This document shows positions 1 through 7,954 of a stretch of 8,770 nucleotides of DNA, piece after piece. The position numbers were made by a program, and so were the translations under genes. Source of the DNA: Octopus sinensis (taxonomy: Eukaryota); contig NW_021828325.1 in NCBI RefSeq assembly GCF_006345805.1, forward strand, positions 1 to 8,770. The letters run 5' to 3'. Positions within the stretch are counted from its first letter, which is position 1; each line of letters begins with the position of its first letter. The notes below the pieces were generated by a model, which had not been told where the DNA came from, ran no database searches, and was given only the letters and a program-made list of their open reading frames with translations.

Positions 1-345
1 ATAATATTTTTCACAATTATAACAAATTTAATTTAATTCTCTGAAGAGGCCGTGGGGCATCCTTGTTAATGCCTCATTTATACCTGCCTTTATGGCTTAT
101 AGGTTAAATGGGGTATGACTGCCCACACTGCCGAAACAGCTGTCAGTTTTGATTAATTGCATATTATATTGAAATTTTTTACTTATATCTCTTTATCTTT
201 TTACTATTAATGTATATCTCTTTTGTATAATGCCTCTACTCATATGTAATGGTGTATTAAAGTATTGATTGGGTATCATCGGATAGTTGATGTTTTACTG
301 ATTTAAGTATGTTTCTCCATTCTCTAATTTTGTAGTATTTATTTA
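1..345 (+). mobile_element. Probable Penelope-like element terminal repeat (pLTR) fragment or non-autonomous derivative carrying the hammerhead
   Basis: Minimal hammerheads with a palindromic stem III are an established feature of PLE terminal repeats. The AT-rich flank ends at a (TA)n tract. No RT or GIY-YIG sequence is visible in the window, and the boundaries are approximate. Confidence 0.5.
39..146 (+). ncRNA. Type I hammerhead ribozyme motif (Penelope-like element type)
   Basis: Core CTGAAGA at 41-47. Stem II GGC 48-50 pairs with GCC 130-132, extended by GTGGG 52-56 with CCCAC 122-126. GAAA at 133-136. Stem III is the perfect palindrome ACAGCTGT 136-143. Cleavage triplet GTC 142-144, so the predicted cut is 144/145. 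Stem I: CT 39-40 pairs with AG 145-146, possibly extended by TTAATT 33-38 with GATTAA 151-156. All conserved core nucleotides are present in the correct order. Confidence 0.85.
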
Positions 346-450
346 TATATATATATACATACATATGTATATATATATATATATATATATACATACATAT
401 ATATCTTATATATATATATATATATATATATAGATATATACTTATACATA

Positions 451-489
<39 letters not shown>

Positions 490-499
490 TGAGAGAGAA

Positions 500-543
<44 letters not shown>

Positions 544-560
544 TAGTGAGAGAGAGAGAT
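344..560. repeat. Interrupted (TA)n microsatellite with two TAGTGAGAGAGA units
   Basis: Direct reading. TAGTGAGAGAGA occurs at 487-498 and 544-555, each after a TA run. Confidence 0.95.
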
Positions 561-987
561 TATATACATTACTGTTGATAAATAAATATATATGTTGAAT
601 GAGGAATATGTAAAATGAAGTTCACGAGAAACTTTATCATCACAACAATTGGTTTGGTCCATCTTGCATCGATTCATGCGGGTGGGGAGAGTTTCGGTGT
701 CGCTTGGTATTTGTTGTTGTCAGTAGGTTCTTGGTTATAGCATTATAGCCAACAACCTCCTGGAACATCATGCCAAGCGAAACCGAGAATATTTGTGAGG
801 TTTCCTCTGTAAAAACAGACACAGATGATATGCATCTGCACCGGAGGATGCAACACATCCAATTGTACAGTATCCAACCCACAAGTGTCCGATGCAAAAT
901 GGGTCAATACTCCATTTCCCAATCCCTCATTTGTAATAAAACACTGTGAAATTTCTGAGGTAGACTAAGTGACAATTATATCACTAC

Positions 988-1029
988 GTGTGTGTGTGTG
1001 TGTGTGTAGACATACATTCATACATACAT

Positions 1030-1069
<40 letters not shown>

Positions 1070-1172
1070 ACATACATACATACATACATACATACATACA
1101 TACATACATAATACATACATACATACATACATACATACATACATACATACATACATACATACATACAATACA
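988..1172. repeat. Compound microsatellite (GT)n-(CATA)n-(CA)n-(CATA)n
   Basis: Direct reading. Confidence 0.97.
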
Positions 1173-1311
1173 TGTCCAGCGGATGTTGACATAAAGTGAA
1201 AAATAGAATATCTTGAATAAAACTGAATAATGAATATATGTATACATATGTTTTGATTGTAGAAAAGATAATCGGAGAAGAAGCACACTCAAGATGTAGA
1301 GCAGTGTAATT

Positions 1312-1818
1312 TTAAAACTGGGGAAGGCCGGTTTCCGGGATTACCTTGGTTTCCGTCCAAAAAGGATTTAGCTTCAGGGCGTATCATTAGACCCCAAAAC
1401 CTGTTGGCCTAAAACCTCTTCCAAATATGGAGGGTGGAAAATCCGTTCACCTCATACGCCTAATCCCGTCCAATAGCTTTTCCAGCTGCATACGGGTGTA
1501 TAGTCGTTGGATGACGTGGGGATGTTATTGCTGGAGTATCCGAGGTCAAATTCTTCATATTTATGGGGACTCCTGGTTTCAGTGAATATGTAGAAACACT
1601 TCAATGGTGAGATATTTAACAGGAACCACATGGTCACTGGGATAATCTCTTGCCAGGGAGCTGAAAAGGATCGTTTGCACAAAACGTAAATCCCAGGCTT
1701 TTCCCCTTCCATATTTTGAAGAGGTCTTAGGCTAACAGGGTCTTACGAAACGGTACAAAGCTAAAACCTTTATGAATGGGAAACCCAGAGTAATCCCATA
1801 AACCACCCCCAATTTTAA
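1312..1818. mobile_element. Non-autonomous DNA transposon (MITE/foldback-like) with ~120-130 bp imperfect terminal inverted repeats
   Basis: 1312-1441 aligns with the reverse complement of 1699-1818. The inner block CCTGTTGGCCTAAAACCTCTTCCAAATATGGA (1400-1431) matches revcomp 1708-1739 at 29/32. Outer blocks GGTTT..GGGATTAC..TGG and AAGG.TTTAGCTT are shared. TTAA sits at both ends (1312-1315, 1815-1818). The ~257-bp spacer has no transposase-like ORF. Confidence 0.75.
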
Positions 1819-2150
1819 TATACATACATATAAATGTATAAGTATATATATATATAATATATATAAGTATATATGCATATGTATATACTGACTGATTCTT
1901 TTTGATATCTTACTAAATCTCCTTCTCTCTCTATAAAAAACTGTTTTGTAAATTATTGTCTTCCATACATTAACATTTTGAAAATAAAATTCTGTCTTGT
2001 ATATGTATATTGCATTGAAGAATGGATGTAAACATGATATTCTATGAACTGAGGTGCTTGTCATTTATACCTGTTTACTTTGTAAATTGTACGATGGCAC
2101 TGCATGATTTATAACCTATACACTAATGCAGACATGTAAAAGAATTTATC

Positions 2151-2272
2151 AGACAGATAGATAGATAGATACATACATACTTACATACATAGACAAGAAG
2201 AGATATAGAGAGACAGACAGACAGACAGTTAGACAGACAGACAGACAGACAGATAGATAGATAGATAGATAT

Positions 2273-2313
<41 letters not shown>

Positions 2314-2406
2314 CAGATAGATAGATAGATAGATAGATAGACAGAGAGAGAGAGATAGAGAGAGAGACAGACAGACAGACATATAGATAGATAGATAGAT
2401 AGATAT

Positions 2407-2463
<57 letters not shown>

Positions 2464-2477
2464 AAGAAATAGATAGA
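2151..2477. repeat. (GATA)n/(GACA)n/(GA)n compound microsatellite
   Basis: Direct reading. Confidence 0.97.
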
Positions 2478-2490
2478 CACACATCCATAT

Positions 2491-2818
2491 ATGGTTGTAG
2501 TGAAAGGAGCTTTTTTCCCAACCATACACGGTTCTACGTTGAATCACTCTGCATGGAAACTCAGGAAAGTATATTCTACTCTTGCCTTGGGCTGAACAAA
2601 TCTATGTGTGTGCCTATGTATGTGTCTATGTGTGTGCCTATGTATGTGTGCATGGGTGTGTGTGTGGGTGTGTGTGCGTGTGGGTGTAGGGTTCAGCAAA
2701 GAGGCTGAGAGGATAAGTGATATGCTTAAAATTAAAAAAAAGTACTGGGATCGATGTATTTGGCTAAAAATTCGATGATGCCCCAGCATGGCCGCAGGCA
2801 AATGTCTAAAACAATTAA

Positions 2819-2819
<1 letters not shown>
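2491..2819 (+). mobile_element. Degraded tRNA-derived SINE, same family as the copies at 6951-7458 and 7556-7954 but in the opposite orientation
   Basis: The tail CCCAGCATGGCCGCAGGCAAATGTCTAAAACAATTAAA matches the reverse complement of the other copies (CTCCAGCATGGCCACATTCACATGACTGAAACAAATGAAA). It has the same layout: eroded head (CCAACCATACACGGTTC...), central TG-rich tract, then the GGTTCAGCAAAGAG...GATAAGT...ACTGGGATCGAT body. Confidence 0.75.
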
Positions 2820-2850
<31 letters not shown>

Positions 2851-2862
2851 TATATATATATA
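2819..2862. repeat. (TA)n microsatellite at the SINE tail
   Basis: Direct reading. Confidence 0.95.
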
Positions 2863-3128
2863 CATGATATCTGTTATATTTTGGTTCATCTCATAATGAC
2901 CTGTTTCATTTGACCATTAAAGATATTATTATCAGTGGTGGTGGTCAGTTGGACTGTCAACACTGCTAATATCAACATGATCAATATACAATTCCTCACA
3001 AACACAAGGGTTTGGTTGTACATGTGATTAAATCTATTCCATTATTTTACTGGTACATTGGTAATATTTATATTATACAGATCAATATAATACTGGAGAG
3101 TGTATAAAATATGTATTTATTAGCTAAC

Positions 3129-3165
3129 CGCTTCAGCATCACAGACACCACTTTATATTTTTCGC
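3129..3165 (-). CDS. Probable mini-exon completing the ankyrin repeat (K|RKYKVVSVMLKR), apparently frameshifted by one extra A as written
   Basis: Acceptor TTTCCTTATCCATTACTTTCAG ends at 3166. Candidate donor CG|GTTAGC at 3128. Joined to the phase-2 end of exon 6462-6616 it reads KRKI-stop. With A4 instead of A5 (T run 3158-3162) it reads TPLHLAIQKRKYKVVSVMLKR, which supplies the expected second ankyrin helix. Confidence 0.5.
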
Positions 3166-3471
3166 CTGAAAGTAATGGATAAGGAAAGAAAAAACATGAA
3201 AAAAACAAACATCACACAGCTTGAGATAAAGTTATTAGGTCATTAAAGAAAACAAATGTAATTAGGTCACAATAACTTAATTACAGCAATTATTACACAC
3301 ATACTCACACACTATATATTTATTCAATACACACTCTACACAGTAGAACAATGATATATACACACCTGAGTAAACCAGAAAGTAAAGACAGGAAAAATAC
3401 GCTAAGAATTCTGACAGCTTATATAAAACATGAAATTAGGAAGGAAAGAAGGGCTACAGGTAATCATATGA

Positions 3472-3600
3472 ACCCCAGTACATCACTGGTATTGTATTTT
3501 ATCAACCTTGCAAAGATGGAAGGAGAAGTTGACCTTGGCAGGATTGAACTCTGAACGTAAAGAGTCGTAAATAAAATAACACAATATATTTTCTTCAAAA
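3472..3600 (-). mobile_element. Degenerate fragment of a second tRNA-derived SINE family (CORE-like body plus B-box region)
   Basis: CCCCAGTACATCACTGGTATTGTATTTTATCAACC...GATGGAAGGAGAAGTTGACCTTGGCAGGATTGAACTCTGAACGTAAAGAG resembles a common octopus SINE as I recall it. On the minus strand GAGTTCAATCC is B-box-like. The family assignment needs a library search. Confidence 0.55.
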
Positions 3601-3616
3601 GTAATAAGAAAGAAGA
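3551..3616 (+). repeat. 66-bp direct repeat, copy 1
   Basis: Matches 5875-5940 at 60/66 with no gaps; the first 35 nt are identical. Confidence 0.95.
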
Positions 3617-3618
3617 TA

Positions 3619-3620
3619 AT

Positions 3621-3651
<31 letters not shown>

Positions 3652-4014
3652 ATCATCATAATTCATCATCATTATCATCATCATCAGCATCATCATCATT
3701 ATCATCATCATCATTATCAGCTTATCATTTCTCATCATCATCATCATCTCCTCATTCATATCATCATCCTCATCATCATCCTCATCATCCTCATCATCAT
3801 CATCATCATCTTCATCATCCTCATCGTAATCATCATCATCAACATCATCATCATCATCATCTCCCATCCTCATAATCCTCATCATCATCATCAGCAGCAG
3901 CTTTATCATCATCATCGTCATCATCATCATCATCATCATCATCATTATCATCCTCCTCCTCCTCCTCATCATCATCATTATCATCATCTTCATCATCATC
4001 ATCATCGTCATCAT

Positions 4015-4049
<35 letters not shown>

Positions 4050-4669
4050 TCGTAATCATCATCATAATAATAACATCATACTCATCATCATCATCATCAT
4101 TATCATCATCATCATCGTCATCATCATTATCATCATTATCATCATCATCATCATCATCATCATCCTCTTCCTCCTCATCATCATCATCATTATCATCATT
4201 ATCCTCATCATCATCATAATCATCATTATTATCATCCACATCATCATCATCATCCTCCTGCTCATCATCATCATTATTATCCTCATCATCATCATCCTCA
4301 TCATCATCGTCATCATCTTCATCCTCATCCTCATCATCATCCTCATCCTTATCATCATCCTCATCATCATTATCCTCATCATCATCATCATTATCATCAT
4401 CATAATCATCATTATCATTATCATCCTCATCATTATCATCATCCTCATCATCATCATCATTATCATCATCATCATCATCCTCCTCCTCATCATCATCATC
4501 CTCATCATCATTATCTTCATCCTCATCATCATCATCATCATTATCATCATCCTCATCCTCATCATCATCATCATCATCGTCATCATCATCATCCTCATCA
4601 TCATCATTATCTTCATCATCATCAGCATCATCATCATCATAATCATCATCCTCCTCCTAATCATCATCC

Positions 4670-4706
<37 letters not shown>

Positions 4707-5821
4707 CAACATCATTATCATCCTCATCATCATCATCATCATCCTCATCGTCATCATCCTCATCGTCATCATCATCATCAACATCATCATCATCATCATC
4801 TTCCATCCTCATAATCCTCATCAGCAGCAGCTTTATCATCATCATTATCATCATCATCATCATCATCATCATTATCATCCTCCTCCTCCTCCTCCTCATC
4901 ATCATTATCATCATCTTCATCATCATCATCATCATCATCATCATCGTCATCATCATCGTCATCATCATCATTATCATCATCATCATCATCATCATCGTAA
5001 TCATCATCATCACCATCATCATCATCATTATCATACTCATCATCGTTATCATCATTATCATCATCATCATCGTCGTCATCATCATCATTATCATCATTAT
5101 CATCATCATCATCATCATCATCATCCTCCTCCTCATCATTATCATCATTATCCTCATCATCATCATCATCATAATCATCATCATCATCATCATTATTATC
5201 ATCCACATCATCCTCCTGCTCATCATCATCATTATTATCCTCATCATCATCATCCTCATCATCATCCTCATCCTCATCGTCATCATAATCATCATCATAA
5301 TCATCATCATCATCCTCATCATAATCATCATCATAATCATCATCATCATCATAATCATTATAATCATCATCATCATCATCATCCTCATCATCATAATCAT
5401 CATCATCATCATTATCATCATCATCATCCTCATCATCATTCTCATACTCATCATCATCATCATCCTCATCATCATCATCATCATCCTCATCATCATTATC
5501 CTCCTCATCATCATCATTATCATCATCATCATCATCATCATCATTATCATCATCCTCATCATCATCATCCTCATAATCATCATCATAATCAACATCATCA
5601 TCATTATCCTCATCATCATCATTATCATCATCCTCATCATCATCATCATCCTCATCATCCTCATCATCATCATCCTCATCCTCCTCCTATCATCATCACC
5701 CTCATCATCATCATCATCCTCATCCTCCTCCTATCATCATAATCATCATCATCATTATCATTACATCATCATTATCATCATTATCCTCCTCCTCATCATC
5801 ATCATCCTCATCATCATCATC
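3619..5821. repeat. 2.2-kb degenerate (CAT)n/(ATG)n trinucleotide tract with internal higher-order duplication
   Basis: Direct reading. Variant units include CTC, ATT, GTC, ATA, TTC and AGC. Rare landmarks recur about 930-970 bp apart. Confidence 0.98.
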
Positions 5822-5874
5822 TTAGTGAGTTTTCCAGTATAGTATTTAAGTCTATACTTAGGCACACACACACA

Positions 5875-5940
5875 CTGAACGTAAAGAGTCGTAAATAAAA
5901 TAACACAATTTATTTCCTCTGAAAGTAATAAGAAACAAGA
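5875..5940 (+). repeat. 66-bp direct repeat, copy 2
   Basis: CTGAACGTAAAGAGTCGTAAATAAAATAACACAAT... matches 3551-3616 at 60/66. Confidence 0.95.
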
Positions 5941-6151
5941 ACTGGAGAAAAGAAGGAAGACAGTTTATTAAAGGAAACCTGGGTATTACTGGTACAGATT
6001 ATATTGACCCCAGAGTGATAGTAAATATTCTGGTAGGATGTGAACATGGAACATAAAAGAGACAAATGTAATTATTGTAAGGGGATGATTCTGTATTTAG
6101 CCCAGGTCGGAGTAAAATAGGGAAACTACAAAGGAGAGAGAGTGAGGAAGA

Positions 6152-6153
<2 letters not shown>

Positions 6154-6185
<32 letters not shown>
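6154..6185. repeat. (GA)n microsatellite
   Basis: Direct reading. Confidence 0.95.
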
Positions 6186-6188
<3 letters not shown>

Positions 6189-6461
6189 TAGTCTAGATGG
6201 GATGAAAGGAAGAAGAGAGGATTTGAACCTGTGACGTTGAGGAAATGGAGAACGAGATGAAGTAAAGTGTCCAGTCAGGCAACAACAATAAACAATTATG
6301 GTGATGATTAATAATAAAGTAGATTACAGTGCGAAAGAGAGAAGAAAGACAATGACCCCATGGTGGGATTATGACATGAATGACTGAATGAAAAATAAAC
6401 AAACATTATTGAAAACATAAAAGAAACAGATTTGGATATTCCAGATCCAATGGGGACTTAC

Positions 6462-6616
6462 TTCTGAATTGCCAAATGCAGTGGTGTGTCTCCATTGTTG
6501 GCAACAACATTGGCATCGATGCCATTGTGACCCAACAAAAGATCGACAGTGTGAAAGTATCCCTGCGAACAGGCGAAGTGCAGCGGTGTTTGACCATTTA
6601 CATCTCGAGGATTAAC
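6462..6616 (-). CDS. Internal coding exon of an ankyrin-repeat protein
   Basis: Translates to VNPRDVNGQTPLHFACSQGYFHTVDLLLGHNGIDANVVANNGDTPLHLAIQ(K), with two G-x-TPLH motifs 34 aa apart. Strong acceptor TTTTATTCTTTTCTTTTTTCAG ends at 6617, and consensus donor AA|GTAAGT begins at 6461. The exon is 155 nt, phase 0 to phase 2. The specific gene cannot be named from one exon. Confidence 0.93.
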
Positions 6617-6779
6617 CTGAAAAAAGAAAAGAATAAAACATTAAAAATGGTGTCGAAAGGGGAGTCGGGTGGTGAAGAATTAAAAGAAAAACTCACAGAA
6701 AAAGAGAAGAGAAGGAATGAAAATTAATTAAACAGGTGGAATGATTGGGGTGGGGAGTAGGTAATAGAGATTTCTATTG

Positions 6780-6940
6780 TATATACACACACGCGTATAC
6801 AACATACATATGTGCATATAAATATATTATATACATACACACACAAAAACACACATATATATAGGATGAATAACTCAATAAATAAACACATAGAGCAGCA
6901 AAATGTGTGTATGTGTGTGTTCGCGTGTGTGTGTGTGTTC
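6780..6940. repeat. Mixed CA/TA-rich then TG-rich low-complexity region
   Basis: Direct reading. Confidence 0.8.
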
Positions 6941-6950
6941 ATAGTTACAT

Positions 6951-7231
6951 TTATTCTTTTATTCTTTCATTTGTTTCAGTCATGTGAATGTGGCCATGCT
7001 GGAGCACGTCTTTAGTCGAGCAAATCGACCCCAGTAAGCCTCTGTACTTATTTTATTAGTTTCTTTTGCGAAGAAGAAAAACGTAGTTTACGGGGACTTC
7101 AACACACCAGCAGCGGTTGTCACAGCGATGTTGGGGAACAAAACACAGACACCACAAAACACACGACACGTACACACAGACACACTAACACACACACACA
7201 TACACAAACTCATATGTATATATATATATGT

Positions 7232-7268
<37 letters not shown>

Positions 7269-7458
7269 GATTTATACATATTTAATATAATACATACGAC
7301 GAGCTTCTTTCAGTCTTCCATCTACCAAATCCACTCACAAGGTTTGCTCAGCCTGGGGCTATAGCAGAAGACACTTGTACATTTTGCCATGCAGTGAAAA
7401 TGAACGGGAACCATGTGGTTGGTAAGCAAGTTACTTACCACACAGCCACACCTGCGCC
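6951..7458 (-). mobile_element. tRNA-derived CORE-type SINE, near full length, with expanded internal CA/TA tract
   Basis: The minus strand starts GGCGCAGGTGTGGCTGTGTGGTAAG (A-box-like TGGCTGTGTGG) with an eroded B-box. It continues with the CAAGTGTCTTCTGCTATAGCC...CCTTGTGAGTGGATTTGGTAGA body and a tail ending ATGACTGAAACAAATGAAAGAATAAAAGAATAA. It is colinear with the copy at 7556-7954 and resembles octopus tRNA-derived SINEs (OR/OK group) from memory. Confidence 0.9.
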
Positions 7459-7470
7459 TCTCTCTCACTA

Positions 7471-7522
7471 CATATATATATATATATATATATAATATAT
7501 ATATATTATATTATAAATATAT
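7471..7522. repeat. (TA)n microsatellite between tandem SINEs
   Basis: Direct reading. Confidence 0.92.
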
Positions 7523-7555
7523 AGCACACATGTGGTGTGTGTTGTGTGAAATAGA

Positions 7556-7954
7556 TCTTTTTTACTCTTTTGCTTGTTTCCATCATTTGACTGTGTCATG
7601 CTGGAGCACCACATTTGTCGAGGAAATTGCCACCAGGACTTATTCTTTGTAAGTCTAGTACTTATTCTATCGATCTCTTTGCGAACGGCTAAAGTACGGG
7701 GGCGTAAACACACCAGCATCGGTTGTCAAGCGATGGTGAGTAACAAACACGCACACTCAAACACACAAAATATATATAAATATTATATATAATATACATA
7801 TATAGGACGGGCTTCTTCCAGCTTCCGTCTACCAAATCCACTCACAAGGCTTTGGTCGGCCCGAGGCTATAGTACAAGACATTACCAAGTGGGAGTGAAC
7901 CCGGAACCATATGGTTTGTAAGCAAGCGACTTACCACACAGCCATTCTTGTGCC
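7556..7954 (-). mobile_element. tRNA-derived CORE-type SINE, second copy of the same family, with a short deletion after the B-box
   Basis: Shares CTACCAAATCCACTCACAAGG, CTTACCACACAGCCA, AACACACCAGCA.CGGTTGTCA, CATGCTGGAGCAC and other blocks with 6951-7458. On the minus strand it has A-box-like TGGCTGTGTGG and B-box-like GGTTCACTCCC. Confidence 0.9.

Noticed and set aside
965-1292. Four overlapping ORFs rich in YVCM/HTYI
   Set aside because: They are stop-free readings of (CATA)n and (CA)n microsatellites.
1452-1712. 86-aa ORF inside the inverted-repeat element
   Set aside because: It has no DDE/DDD transposase or other recognisable motif, it starts within the right arm, and its length is compatible with chance.
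2123-2547. Three ORFs with IYLS repeats
   Set aside because: They are the (TATC)n/(TGTC)n microsatellite read on the minus strand.
2890-2975. Candidate extra minus-strand exon (TTAGCAG|TGTTGACAG...AAACAG|GTCATT)
   Set aside because: It has a weak pyrimidine tract, an early stop in the phase expected from the mini-exon, and no ankyrin-like translation.
3595-5679. Poly-Met and poly-Asp ORFs (214, 245, 340 and 136 aa)
   Set aside because: They are translations of the (ATG/GAT)n tract. The frames switch at one-base indels and stops, and there is no unique domain or splice support.
6195-6270. Possible additional SINE remnant (GGATGAAAGG...GGATTTGAACC)
   Set aside because: It bears only a faint resemblance to the 3472-3600 family and is too degraded to support by eye.
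6406-6727. ORFs 6406-6597 (-) and 6476-6727 (+)
   Set aside because: These are the alternative and antisense frames of the true ankyrin exon.
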